64,000 nt of DNA from Naegleria gruberi (lineage: Eukaryota): assembly GCA_000004985.1 (NCBI GenBank), contig GG738864.1, one strand, 5' to 3'. The stretch's first letter is position 1; every line of letters starts with the position of its first letter. The notes below the pieces were generated by a model. The model ran no database searches and was not told the DNA's origin. It saw only the letters and a program-made list of their open reading frames with translations. Made by a program: the position numbers and the translations under genes. Of the stretch, positions 10,224 to 21,629 are shown one piece after another.

Positions 10224-13200
10224 TTAATGGAAGTTAGATTGAGGAGTTTCACCATTTTCCAATGTATGATGGTAGTTTTTGGTATTCTTTCGAATATGGT
10301 AAACGGTTCCAATCAGCGTTACTAACAATACACTGAATGAAATTAATGAGATTGAAACCAATGCCAGAATATATGAGTGCCCACTGCTTGCTTGAACTTG
10401 TGGAGAATAAACAGGAAGGGGGTTCACTATAGGAGTCAATACACAAGCTTGCATTGTATCAGAAACCTTATAATCACTGTTTGAGCAGTAAGGAGTCAAC
10501 ATTCTAATTCTATCACTCTCGTCGTCAGTAAAGTAAACAGATAGTCCATCACTTGAGAAGGAGAGGGAACGAGAAAAGGTTAATCTTGTTGGTTTGGCAT
10601 CACCATCCCCATTGTAACCAAAATCAAATCCTGCTATTCTTTCCACTATGGCATTCTCCTCTCTCCACAAAAGTTTGAATATTCCACTACTTGAGTGTTC
10701 CGTAAATAGAACATATTGGTCATTAGCTAGGATGCTAGCTGGGTATGACAATAAAGTGTCCTTTCCTTTTGAACCTTCTCTGATGAATGAGTGTTGATGA
10801 GGTTTTCCAATAACTGTTGAAATAATTCCTTTAGAAATCTTTCTAATAATGAAATTTCTCTGATCCACAAAGAATAAATCGCCATTCTTCGTAAGACTCA
10901 TATGAGTTGGGCTATTAAGCAAAGCTTTGGATGCATCTGTTTCATCGTTATAGCCATGAACCCCAGGAATTCCATAAAGTGTTGACATTATACCATTTTT
11001 TGAAACTTTTCTAATAACATGATGACCAGAGTCAGCAATTAAAATCTCATCCTCAGGAGTCACTATGAAAGAGCCAGGATCATATAATAGTGCCTGATTT
11101 GCTGGTAAGCCATCACCTATTCCACCGCCAATAGTTTTGACCAATCCATTCGATAGTTTTCTTATTAATCCCTTTTTAGGTTCAGTAAATAATATGTCTT
11201 GCTCTGTTTCTCCAAATGACAAGCCATTAAGGAATGTGAAATGAAACCTTGTTGGGTCACTCAAATCATTGGCAGAAACTGTAATATTTCCAACTAAAAG
11301 GGTCAATTTACCTTCTGAAAACTTGCTTAAAGAGCCAGGCAAATGTGTTACATAAATATCATCACTTTTGGAAAGAATCAAGTGTTGAGGTCCATAAACT
11401 TCAAATACTGTGGAGATATTTCCGTTTGGTGAAATCCTTTTCACTTTTCCGTCCAACATGTCTGTCATATAAATTTCTTCTTTTGAATTTACAGCAATAC
11501 TTGATGGTCTAATGAAATAGTCAGCTCCCTGTGTAACAATTTCAACCATGTCACCAACTACTTTCAAAATTCTATTATTGTTTGCATCTGCTACATAGAG
11601 TTTGTCATCTTCAGTAACATATAAACCTTCTGGGAAATCCAATTGAATATCAGTAGCTGTTCTATTTCTAATATCACTCACACCTGTAACACCACTTCCT
11701 AAAACAGTTTCCATTTTCTTTTCTTCAATATTCACTTTTTTAACTTCAGATCCTGTTGAAAAGTATATTAAACCATTTCTTTCAAAGATCGCCAGTGGTT
11801 CTTCAATGAACGTATTGATAATTGCAGAGCTATCCATTCCAACAAGAGTTGAAATAATGCCCTTCTTATTGATTGCTCTGATTCTTTGATTTTTGGTATC
11901 AGCAATTAATACCATTTCTAATTGATTGGAATAAAAGACTGATAATGGATGATAGAGGAGAGCACTTGTAGCTAATGAGCCATCTCCATAATAGTGATGT
12001 CTGGTTCCAGCAACTCGAATAACCTTCCCAGTGGCTGATGAGAATTTATAAATAGTGTCATCCTGTGTGAAATAAACATCATTGCCAACTCTTTGAGCCA
12101 TAATATTAGGGTGATTCTCCAATTTAACCTTATTTAAAGGCAAATCATCTAGGTATTTGTGAGTGGAGATGGCTGATTTTACTCCCAATGTATGAGTAAT
12201 GATTGAATTTGCAATGGTACGAATTTTAGGATATTCCAAGTGGTCGACTAGGGTAACAATATCCCTTCCATTCTTTGACGTTACATGAATGTGATGAGGA
12301 GTTGATTGGGATTGAATGGCAGGTTTACCATTACCAAAGTAGAACTTTTCACCATTACCAAAAGAATTTGTGACTTGCCCATTTCCATCAATCTTAAAGA
12401 TGATATTGCTTTGAACACTGGCTACATAAATATCAGCACTATTTTCGAATTGAATCAATGAGTAAGGAAGAGTGATTTTAGAACTTGGAATGGAGAAAAT
12501 CTTTCCTTCAGATGTTATTTTCCTAACACCATCAAAACTCAATTCTGTGAATAGGATTTCATTATTGTGGTTGACAAAGATCTTGTGAGGTACAATACTG
12601 ACATTCGTGGCGATGTAACCATCAATAACAGGAAGATCTACTCCCTTACCAGCAATGATTGTAACAATACCATTCTCAACCTTTCTAATATTATAGGTAT
12701 CAGTAATGTAAACTATTGTCTTTCCACTCTTTGAATCATACTTTACAAAAACAGAACTAGGATTAGTCAAGAGATCATTTGATTCCACAACAGAATCATC
12801 AGCATCTCCACTCTTTCCACATTTTCCAGCAACTATTGTAATGTTACCACTCGATAATTCAATCTTCCTTATCCAATGATTGTGTGTTTCAACAACGTAC
12901 AAATATTCCTCACTTCCTTCACTGGAATGAAAAAGATCTTGAATTTGTAAAAAACCAGGATTTTCTACAGTTGTTTCTGAATCAACTTGACACCTCTCAT
13001 TATTTCTACTATTAGAAGCCACTAGAACAATCCTTCCACTTGAATCAATCTTTTTAATTTCATTTCCAAAAGTTTCCACAAAGTAAACTTGCCCACTCTT
13101 CTTGGAAACAGTCAAGGCATGAGGAGAGATTTTCTGTTGTGTGGCCATCTGTGATTCAAACCATCCAACAAAACCAGAAACTCCAGCAATAACCTCAACA

Positions 13201-13532
13201 ACCTTAGAAGGCTCACCCTCAATAAGAGATAACCTCTTTATCAGACCACTCATTCCATCTACAACAAATAGATAATTTTGATAGTAATCCATTGATAGAG
13301 GTCTTCCGATTGGCAATTCATCAGGTGATAATAATGTTTCTCCACCAGCAATGGTTGAAATATTGTACTGGAGAGGAGCATACCTTTGACCAGCTTGTTC
13401 ATTCTTCCTTAATTGCTGACTTGAAACCAGCCTCGTCATTATGATCATCACAATAACACTCATCATTGGCATTATTCTTCTAAGAGTTGTTATTACTTTC
13501 ATTGTTGATGAGGAAGGAACGGAGGAGGACAT
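10224..13532 (-). CDS. NHL-repeat type-I membrane protein (1102 aa). N-terminal signal/anchor, many NHL beta-propeller repeats, one TM near the C-terminus.
   Basis: True ATG at 13532, single exon. Recurrent NHL-type motifs such as YVADANNNRILKV, LIADSGHHVIRKV and FFVDQRNFIIRKI. C-terminal hydrophobic segment ILALVSISLISFSVLLVTLIGTV followed by a short basic tail. Confidence 0.75.
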   Translation of the reverse strand: MSSSVPSSSTMKVITTLRRIMPMMSVIVMIIMTRLVSSQQLRKNEQAGQRYAPLQYNISTIAGGETLLSPDELPIGRPLSMDYYQNYLFVVDGMSGLIKRLSLIEGEPSKVVEVIAGVSGFVGWFESQMATQQKISPHALTVSKKSGQVYFVETFGNEIKKIDSSGRIVLVASNSRNNERCQVDSETTVENPGFLQIQDLFHSSEGSEEYLYVVETHNHWIRKIELSSGNITIVAGKCGKSGDADDSVVESNDLLTNPSSVFVKYDSKSGKTIVYITDTYNIRKVENGIVTIIAGKGVDLPVIDGYIATNVSIVPHKIFVNHNNEILFTELSFDGVRKITSEGKIFSIPSSKITLPYSLIQFENSADIYVASVQSNIIFKIDGNGQVTNSFGNGEKFYFGNGKPAIQSQSTPHHIHVTSKNGRDIVTLVDHLEYPKIRTIANSIITHTLGVKSAISTHKYLDDLPLNKVKLENHPNIMAQRVGNDVYFTQDDTIYKFSSATGKVIRVAGTRHHYYGDGSLATSALLYHPLSVFYSNQLEMVLIADTKNQRIRAINKKGIISTLVGMDSSAIINTFIEEPLAIFERNGLIYFSTGSEVKKVNIEEKKMETVLGSGVTGVSDIRNRTATDIQLDFPEGLYVTEDDKLYVADANNNRILKVVGDMVEIVTQGADYFIRPSSIAVNSKEEIYMTDMLDGKVKRISPNGNISTVFEVYGPQHLILSKSDDIYVTHLPGSLSKFSEGKLTLLVGNITVSANDLSDPTRFHFTFLNGLSFGETEQDILFTEPKKGLIRKLSNGLVKTIGGGIGDGLPANQALLYDPGSFIVTPEDEILIADSGHHVIRKVSKNGIMSTLYGIPGVHGYNDETDASKALLNSPTHMSLTKNGDLFFVDQRNFIIRKISKGIISTVIGKPHQHSFIREGSKGKDTLLSYPASILANDQYVLFTEHSSSGIFKLLWREENAIVERIAGFDFGYNGDGDAKPTRLTFSRSLSFSSDGLSVYFTDDESDRIRMLTPYCSNSDYKVSDTMQACVLTPIVNPLPVYSPQVQASSGHSYILALVSISLISFSVLLVTLIGTVYHIRKNTKNYHHTLENGETPQSNFH

Positions 13533-13787
13533 TTTTTAATAGATGTGATGAAAATTATACGGTACTACTGTAGTAGTAGGTACATTATGGATTCTACTTT
13601 TGATTATTTCACCATACGATAAATTGTTGTTGTGTTTGATGAAAATAGTGTCGAGCATGAGGTCATGATGATAGTTTTTTTAAATTTTAAACGGCTAGAC
13701 AAATGAAATGTTGATCTTCCTCTTGTTGATGAGCATGTTGCTCTGATTTCTCTTGCCTGTGAGGAAGAATTCTTTTTCATGTGGTAG

Positions 13788-15236
13788 CTAGAATGAGATT
13801 CTGAAACCTTCAGGACAAAATGGAACTGCCTTCATTATGAACCTTTCTGTTTGATCCACAAAGTAGAAGGACAAAGCATTTTCATCTCCAAGTTTCAAGC
13901 GATACACTCTTCCAATTGATGAGAAGAAGATATATTGACCATTAGGAGAGATTGAATACGAAACAGGTTGCATCAAATAGGTTTCATTTCCTCTCCTCCC
14001 TTCAAGTGGAACGACCAAGCTCTTTACCTTCGAGCCAACAATTGTCGTGATAATTCCTTTTGAGATTCTTCTAATGAGGTTATTTTTCGAATCAAATACA
14101 TACAAGTCACCATCATTGGTGTAGTGAATATCTTTAGGTTGATTGAAGAGTGTTTTTGAAGCGTCACTTTCTGTATTGTATCCAGACACTCCAGGAATAC
14201 CATAGAGAGTAGAAATGATGCCCTCCTTTGAAACTTTTCTAATAACATGATCTTGTGTATCTGCAATAACCATTTCGCCTTCAACACTGACAAAGAAGGA
14301 GGAAACTTCTTGAATTTTGGCCTCTGTTGCTGGAAGTCCATCACCCAAGCCACCTGCAACCTTGGTAAGAGTATTTCCTTTTACTTTCCATACGAAACGA
14401 GTTGGTTCGGTAAAGTAAATTTCATCTTCTGTTTCACCAAAACAGAGAGAATCAATTGAAACGAATCGAGTTTCCAAAGGGTTGGAATAAGAAGTAGTTG
14501 TAGCATCAGAACCAACAATTCTCACCAATTTACCATCCACAACCTTACTCACAAACATTTCATGGGCAACATGTATTTCATCCTTACTGTTAATCAAAAC
14601 AGATGATGGCATTTTCACATCGATAAACCTTTCCCAAGTTCCATCTGTTTTAAGCTTGAAAAGGAATGATCCAAATTTTAAGGCAATAATGAAATCACCA
14701 TTTGAAAGTACATCAAAGGATGAAATAGAGGAGGTTTTATCTTGACGAACTAGTTCCGTTTGACTAGTTACGGCTTTGACAATAGTCAAAGAATCTAGAA
14801 GGCATAGATAAATATCACCATTATCCATTATTTTCATTTTACCTGGCAAAACTATTCTAGATAGATGCTCATATTTGGAATTTACCTTAAGGGTTTCCAA
14901 ATTCAAAATTTTTAAACTATTGCCCTCAATAAAGAAAATCTGACAATCCTTTTCAGTTAAAGAATAAATTTCACACTACAATATTTTTCTGGCCAATTTC
15001 TTATTAAACGACTTGAGGGGAGCTGTGCTTAATTTCCAGCCAAAATTTTTGTAATGATGAGCCGTCTTGTTGTTGTCGTTTAGTGGGATGAAATATTGTG
15101 GTGCTCTTTCCTTCATCCATACTGGTTCTCCAATCACCGAATTTGTACCTTCTTCATTATCGGGAGAGATTGTTCCTCCAGCAATTCTCATGGTCCTCCA
15201 TCTTAATGGAATTTTGATTAGATGTATACAGCACAT
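13788..15236 (-). pseudogene. Degenerate tandem partial copy of the upstream NHL-repeat gene (N-terminal fragment, in-frame TAG, then the C-terminal repeat block). No TM.
   Basis: ORF 15236..14979 (MCCIH...IAGGTISPDNEEG...) is homologous to the N-terminal region of the 1102-aa protein (IAGGETLLSPDELPIG). It is followed in the same frame by TAG (14978-14976). The frame then stays open through 13788 and encodes a block clearly paralogous to the C-terminal NHL repeats of the neighbour (FGETEDEIYFTEP... ADTQDHVIRKVSKEGIISTLYGIPGVSGYN...). No clean intron removes the stop (the candidate is 40 nt, not a multiple of 3). The large middle region and the TM are missing. Confidence 0.5.
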
Positions 15237-15304
15237 CTAATTTTTAACTCTAAGGCAACGCTGTTTTTGTCTGTATATGAAGAATTTATTTTTATGAATG
15301 TGAA

Positions 15305-15375
15305 GCGTCGATGGTTTAGTGGTAGAATACGGCGTTGCCATCGCCGTGACCCGGGTTCAATTCCCGGTCGACGCA
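15305..15375 (+). tRNA. tRNA-Gly (anticodon GCC), 71 nt, no encoded CCA
   Basis: Acceptor stem GCGTCGA/TCGACGC. D-arm GTTT-AGTGGTA-GAAT, which carries the A-box. Anticodon stem CGGCG/CGCCG with loop TTGCCAT (anticodon GCC). T-arm CCGGG-TTCAATT-CCCGG, which carries the B-box (GGTTCAATTCC). Discriminator A. Confidence 0.9.
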
Positions 15376-15384
15376 TGAATTATC

Positions 15385-15389
15385 TTTTT
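15385..15389 (+). terminator. RNA polymerase III terminator T-run downstream of tRNA-Gly
   Basis: TTTTT lies 10 nt after the tRNA 3' end. A second T6 run is at 15398-15403. Confidence 0.6.
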
Positions 15390-15993
15390 ATTCATTCTTT
15401 TTTGAAGTAATTTGAATTATTTTTCTACCACTCATAGAAGACATGTATTTGTACAATAATCTGTATTTTCTCTCAATTTAGAACAGTAATCATCGAGATA
15501 TTCACCTCCTTCCAAATAGCATTTTTTAACCTAAAAAATATGCTAAAAAAAGATGCCTACTAACTTTTTAACAACAACAATACAGATTCAATCTATTGAA
15601 AATCTCCTTGAAAACATGCCGTCAACATGAATTCTAATCACCAATGGATTTTAACGATTCCCAATGAGGATATTCTTTACCAACCTGGTCATTGTGAAAT
15701 GAAAATCGCCAAAAACAATATAGAGATAATGGCTAATTCTCATCTTGTCTTCAATTTTTAACAATGATTGGTTAAGGGTTTGAGATACCAAAAATCTTCA
15801 CTCCTTCAGCGAAAAATTGCCCGAAGCGGCATTGCACACAAATAAGAAACCTTAGAAAATACACATTTAAGAACATCTCTTTGAGAGTTGAAATTGCCCG
15901 AGTCTTTTAATATTTACTAAGGACCAAAAAAACAACACAACAAGTACTGAGCAAATTCCATCTTCTGAACACCAACAAACCTTAATCAACAAC

Positions 15994-16725
15994 ATGGGAA
16001 GTTTTACAAGTGCTATCATTAAACACTTTGAAGAGGAATACAGATTTGAGGAACATTATAGAAATAGACCTCCTATTAAACCACTTGAATCACTTTCACA
16101 TCACCAACAAGTGAAAATGAATTTTCATCAACCTCAACAGCAACCACTTCACAACACGACTTGCTACTCTCGAAAGAATAGCCTTGGAATTGTCAGCACT
16201 AGTATAAGCAGCTCGAATACAAGCTCCACCAGTAGCACAAGCACGAGCAGTATTAGCAACAGTACATTAAGACATGCCTCCTCCCGAATGTCAAAATATT
16301 TCATATCAAGTGATGATTCAAACAATCAAAATATATCACCAGGACCTGGTGGTTCAGGAACAATCATGAGAAAATCCTCAAAACCTGATCTATATAAGAA
16401 AATCCTCTCACCTGTACCAATAGATATTCCAGAATATCCAATAGAAGATTCTACATCAGATAACTCCTCACATTCCCTCCTGAAACAAAACTCACTTCCC
16501 TGTTTAAAACCAAATGGATGTGATAGATTGAAAGAAAAGACACTTACCAAGAGTAGGTCAATGCGAGAAAAGGGCTTGAAACAAATTAGATTTGCAGATG
16601 AGCCAGAAATTATTATGGAGAGAGTTGGCTCTGCTGATTCGCGTGCAGAGATGATGTTTAGCAAAAAGATGGTGCAACAACACGATGCTTCTTCTTCTGC
16701 ATCGACTGCTTCTAGAAAACAGTAG
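15994..16725 (+). CDS. Ser/Thr-rich low-complexity protein with an N-myristoylation consensus (243 aa)
   Basis: True ATG at 15994. The N-terminus MGSFTSA fits MGxxxS. There is a long S/T/N-rich tract and a KQIRF motif resembling a PP1-docking RVxF site. No family assigned. Confidence 0.45.
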   Translation: MGSFTSAIIKHFEEEYRFEEHYRNRPPIKPLESLSHHQQVKMNFHQPQQQPLHNTTCYSRKNSLGIVSTSISSSNTSSTSSTSTSSISNSTLRHASSRMSKYFISSDDSNNQNISPGPGGSGTIMRKSSKPDLYKKILSPVPIDIPEYPIEDSTSDNSSHSLLKQNSLPCLKPNGCDRLKEKTLTKSRSMREKGLKQIRFADEPEIIMERVGSADSRAEMMFSKKMVQQHDASSSASTASRKQ

Positions 16726-16911
16726 CTGGGAAAAGGCTCACCCACCAAACTCACACATTGTTTAATGTTATCACTCTCAAACACAACCCCACAAACCTCC
16801 ATAACCACTACCTTAATCTGTACATAAATCTTAATTTATTTCTCAATGCACAGAAAAGTCCATTTGACACCGAAATCAAAGGCGCTTAATCGGAAGATCG
16901 TATGTCCATCT

Positions 16912-17946
16912 TTAGAGCTGAGCGAAAAAGTCCCTTGTTTGTTCGTCACTTGTGGACATATCGAGAGGTGGGCTATCTTCATCCATTAGATTGATTGAAT
17001 GTGGAGAGTCTGGTGATGTAGGCGAAATGCTGAATGTTGGTTGTGTTGGTTGAGAAAAACATGGGTTGGTAAATCTTCCCATTCCTGGATAATTTTCCAT
17101 GACTTCCATTCTCCTTACCATTTCTTCTTCTTCCATTTTCATAACATATCTACTATATTCTTCTTCTTCTTCCAGTCTTCTCATATTTATCATTCTTCTC
17201 CTTCCAAAACCTCCACCACCTCTAAAACGACGACCTACAGGATTATAGTCTCTTTCCATCATTCTCAAAGATTGGAAATCAGGATGGTCATCCATTGCAT
17301 CATATTGCTGATCAGATTGATTCATTGTTTTGAATGAATTGGTAGCATTGGAAAACTTGCCAATAAATCCCTTTTCTTCATTTTCCTTCAGGTAGACATG
17401 CAAAGGTTGTTTGAGATTTGACTCTATTCTCTTCACATTGTTATAAAAAGCCTTGAGAGCATTTCTCTTGGATTCGTCAAGCCTCTTTGTCTGAAAGTTA
17501 AAGTTGAAATTCAAAGCCTTCTCCTCTCCTTTATCGTCACAATGATTCTTCTTTTTGATAGTTCTTCTGACAAAGTGACCCTTTGGTGGTGCAACATTTC
17601 TTTCAATCTTACGAGGTGAAATATGATATGGATCAGTTGATGATGATGATGACTCCTTTCCAAACTCTATGAATGCAAATGAATCATCTTGTTCTTCTCT
17701 AGCTAATGATAATGCTGATTCGAATGATTGTCCCATAGAGAAGAATGGAGATTCATGCGATGAGGCTGTTTGCTGCTGCTCCTCCAACTCCTCTTTAGTG
17801 TAGAGTTTCGTATCAACTTTGAATAGGCTCTCATCTTCACAATAGAGAGAAGAATAAGGCTTGTTCGATTGTTCTGCAGAAGGACCTCCACCACCACCAT
17901 ACGAACGAATCATCGAGTTGTTGTTATATCTTAGAGGTTTTACCAT
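16912..17946 (-). CDS. Hypothetical low-complexity protein with RGG/Gly-Arg and acidic tracts
   Basis: The track ORF extends to 18180, but that start is GTG. The first in-frame ATG is at 17946 (MVKPLRYNNN...). The frame is open upstream, so an additional 5' exon cannot be excluded. Confidence 0.35.
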   Translation of the reverse strand: MVKPLRYNNNSMIRSYGGGGGPSAEQSNKPYSSLYCEDESLFKVDTKLYTKEELEEQQQTASSHESPFFSMGQSFESALSLAREEQDDSFAFIEFGKESSSSSTDPYHISPRKIERNVAPPKGHFVRRTIKKKNHCDDKGEEKALNFNFNFQTKRLDESKRNALKAFYNNVKRIESNLKQPLHVYLKENEEKGFIGKFSNATNSFKTMNQSDQQYDAMDDHPDFQSLRMMERDYNPVGRRFRGGGGFGRRRMINMRRLEEEEEYSRYVMKMEEEEMVRRMEVMENYPGMGRFTNPCFSQPTQPTFSISPTSPDSPHSINLMDEDSPPLDMSTSDEQTRDFFAQL

Positions 17947-18451
17947 AGTAGTATACAGAGAGAAAGGTGTGTTTGTTGTTGAGGTGTTTTTTTCGAGTTG
18001 GAGTTCTTGGCTTTTCTGTGTTTGAGGCTGTTTTTCAATGTAGTGAATCAAGGCTGACTCGCTAAGAGTATTGTTATCGGAGGAAGAAACAAGCCTAATT
18101 TTCAATTCTCTCTCTTTAATGAGAGGCAATTTCAATTTGAAAAGGTGTAGTGACAATTTGTGGAACACTGAGAATATCACATGGTCATAGATCTGTGTGA
18201 TTTCGAATAATATTAATCATCAAATAATTACTAAATTTTCACAAAGCCACCAACAATAATTCCAAATAATATAGTCAACATCAAAACCTAATAATCCACA
18301 TGTGATCTTCCTCTCTGCCCTTTTCATAGGATTCCAACATGTTCATCCCAAAATTCCCTTCACCCCAGCTTCACCATCATGAGATGACGCTCATAAACTT
18401 TCAAGTACTCGTCATGATCCAGAAAGTTATTTTTTTATAAAATTTAAAAAA

Positions 18452-19689
18452 ATGATCTTTTCCACAGCTGTTTCCATGACTGCTCACAAGAGCAATAAGA
18501 TTCTCTCTGGTAGACCAGCAGCATTGAAGATGATGATCCAAGGTTCTTCAGGTAGGTTTTGATCATGTTTTATATTGTTTGTTTAAATATATTGATGAAC
18601 ATTTTTTACCAATCATGATGGAATTTTTTGTATTCCTCCATTTGCTCTCTTCTTTGATCATTGTCATCATTTGATGATAATATATTTACACTGCTATAAT
18701 AATAATGGATCTTTATGATGATTAATTTCACTATGATCTTCATGTTAAAACAATATCTCTCATCAAATAATAATAATATTTCTTGATCATCGACCAAAAT
18801 ATTTACTCTACAAACAACAATAATAACAGCAAGAAACTTCTCAACATCCATGAATGCTCTCAACTTCTCGGATAATAGTGATATCAGAGCTATTGATAGA
18901 CATACTAGAATCCAAACTTTCAAGGACTTTTTAAACAAGGATAACAAAATTTCTATACCAAGAGAAGAATTCTACAAACTTGCTCAAGAAAAGGTCAAGG
19001 TCACTAGGGAAGAAGCTGAAACATTGTTGGAACAATTCAACAACTCAGCTGATGTATTAATATTGCCAGATAATGAAGCTTTGAAGGAACTCGTTATCCT
19101 CAAGCCTCACCTCATCACTAATCGTCTCTTGCAACACTTGAATGTTGATGTTGTGGAACAAGAAATTGAAATGAGAAGAGATTCATTGTTACAATTGGAA
19201 AAGGATCTTATTCCACTCCGTCGTGTAAAGGAAGAATGTGACAGAAAGGCAGCCAAATCTGTCAATAGAATTTTGTGGGGAGGTTTGGGTTACTTGTGTA
19301 CTCAATCTTTCATTTTGGCTAAAATGACTTGGATTGATTATGGTTGGGACGTTGTCGAACCAATCACTTACTTTGTAACTTTTACTACAGCAATGGGTGG
19401 TTATATTTACTTTAGTTTACAAAAGCGTGATTATACCTATGAAAGTGCTACTGAAGTTATTTTACACAAGAGACGTTTGAAGTTCTACAAGCAAGCAAAC
19501 TTTGATTTTGAAAAGTATCAAGAATTGGCCAAACAATATAATTATACCGTTTCACAAATTGAAGCTAACATTAAGCTTGTACACGGAATGGTTCCACTCA
19601 AGTGTGAGGAATTATTGCACGATATTAAGGAACAAGCTTTGAAGGAATATCAAGAAAGAAAGGTTTCTCCATCATCTGTTCTCCACTAA
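18452..19689 (+). CDS. Mitochondrial calcium uniporter (MCU) homolog. Exon 1 is 18452..18551 and exon 2 is 18830..19689.
   Basis: Exon 2 encodes two coiled-coil regions flanking TM1, the pore loop YGWDVVEPITYF and TM2, then ...FDFEKYQELAK, which closely parallels MCU (WDIMEPVTYF ... FDLEKYNQLK). Exon 1 (MIFSTAVSMTAHKSNKILSGRPAALKMMIQGSS) looks like a mitochondrial presequence. It ends in phase 1 at a GTAGGT donor (18552). A 278-bp intron ends AACAG (18829). This intron is longer than the others in the window, so the exon 1 linkage is less certain. Confidence 0.7.
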
Positions 19690-19708
19690 ATTGTACATCT
19701 AGAATCAT

Positions 19709-21180
19709 TTATTTAATAAATTTACTCGAATACCCTCCTGAGGAAATGGTAGAGTATTTGATCCATTTCACACAATTTGCTTGTTCAATGTCAAACGTTT
19801 TCAATTTGAGTTTAGTCATTCGTTTCTTTGGCACTTCAAATTTCACGAGATGGACAGATGAAACAAGCTTTTTGTAGTTCTCTGGATCGAGGGGTTTCTG
19901 CATGATAAGTTTTACAGTAAGGCACTGCTCTTGCTCACCTGGTATATTGTCCAACTTCCACAAGACGTATTTTTCCTTTTCCAAGTAAATTTGTTGACTT
20001 TCCACTTCCTCCTCTGCTAGATCTCTTACATCCCGAGAGAAGTTACAATTACAATTGATAATCTTTTCATTTCGAGGCAGTGGAACGAGAAGATGAACAT
20101 TCTTTGCCTTCATTGCCGCTTTGTAATCAGATTTGAGTCTCACCACAACCTCCATAACAAATTCATTTACCTTTCTAATGTCCCAATAGATTCTGAATGG
20201 TATTTTCATATTTTCATTATAAGCCACTCTATAGTTCGCCAATACGAATTGTCCTTCATGAGCTATAAATGAGAATTTTCCATCCTGAAATAGTGTTGAA
20301 TTGACTGCATTGGCATGTAAATTCATATAGGTCAAATTCTGATACTTCTTATTGAGTTCAACTTTTACAATTGGTTTTGTATCAATATATGACTTCACCT
20401 TGATATATCCCAACACTTCAATTTTAAACATTTCTCCATTATTTCCCATTTCACAAATTACCTTTTCAATGACATCAACAAATATTTCATTTGTTTTAAT
20501 TGTTACTGGTCTTTCAGCTGGTACCATTAGTTAATATTGCAATAATCACAAATGATATCAACTTACAGGCCTCTGCAGATGCAACACTAGGTTGGAAATA
20601 ATCAAATAATAAAGTATCTGGAGGTTCTTCTATTTGTTTTGGAAGGGTTACTATCAATTCCGATAAATTTAAAGTATCTTGTACATGACCTCCTTCCAGA
20701 GTTTCATCAATTATCTAATCATCGAGATCGAGGCAATAATTCAATAATATTATTAATACTCTTAATATTAATATTCTTAATATATCAACTCACCTCATAA
20801 ATTAAATCCTGATTAATCCAAACCTTCTTCTCACTCAACACTCCTATATAATCATTAATTACTAAATACAATCGATCGAGATATTCAATCGGAACAGAGG
20901 GTGAAATATTCTGTCTACTCGTACACATGAAATACAAATCATTTCTCTTAATATGAAAGAATGTTATACCAAATATCACAAAGCAAGAGGGTGCATTCTC
21001 TCCCTTCTCCTTTGCAGCCTTAATCCTCCTGAAGAATATATCCTGAACATTATCTATAATATCGTGCCTTACTATTTGAATTAACAGTATATTTCTGTAT
21101 AAAAATTACTTGAATAACTCACAATTACGAGATATAATCTTATCCCCTCTATTGGACAATATACACACGTGTGTGATCAT
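19709..21180 (-). CDS. Adaptor-protein complex medium (mu) subunit. Four exons: 21180..21123, 21071..20794, 20714..20567 and 20517..19709.
   Basis: ATG at 21180 (MITHVCILSNRGDKIISRN, mu-adaptin N-terminal type). Introns are 51 bp (GTGAGT...AATAG), 79 bp (GTGAGT...GATTAG) and 49 bp (GTAAGT...ACCAG), and all phases are consistent. The last exon encodes the mu-homology domain (...VKWIKYSTISSGGYSSKFIK). About 430 aa in total. The track ATG at 20527 lies inside intron 3. Confidence 0.75.
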
Positions 21181-21629
21181 TGTGCTCTCTTGGTGATGAT
21201 CAGAAAATATTTTTTAAGCAAAATAAATTTCTATGAATAAGGGTGATAGTTTACTATTATTATTATTCATATTATTTATGATGTCCAATGGATGGGAATA
21301 CTGTATAATGATGTAATACATTATTCTAGAGGAAAAATACTTTCAAAAAACAACAATTTATTCAAATCATTTAAAAAAACAGTAGTTGCCTTCAGCGGTA
21401 TCTTTTCATTCCGCCAAAATTATTTTTAACGTTCATTTTCTTCCCGCCTTTCAAATCTCGCGCCAATTTTTTCACAACGCCTGTCAGAAATCACAATAAA
21501 TAATTCATCAATATTAATTTCTCTTTGAAAAAAAAATCAACAACATACAACTCTAACTCACAACATTACCTTGTGTGTCTAAGTACAAAAACTCCCAACA
21601 CTAAACAACAATAATCTAACTTTATACAA

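Noticed and set aside
14976-14978. Rescue of the NHL paralog by an intron spanning the in-frame TAG
   Set aside because: The only GT...AG candidate (GTAGTG...GTCAG) is 40 nt, not a multiple of three, and shifts into a frame with an immediate stop.
20518-20527. ATG at 20527 given as the start of the AP mu ORF
   Set aside because: It lies inside the 49-bp intron 3. Upstream exons with mu-adaptin N-terminal homology (MITHVCILSNRGDKIISRN...) splice in with consistent phases.
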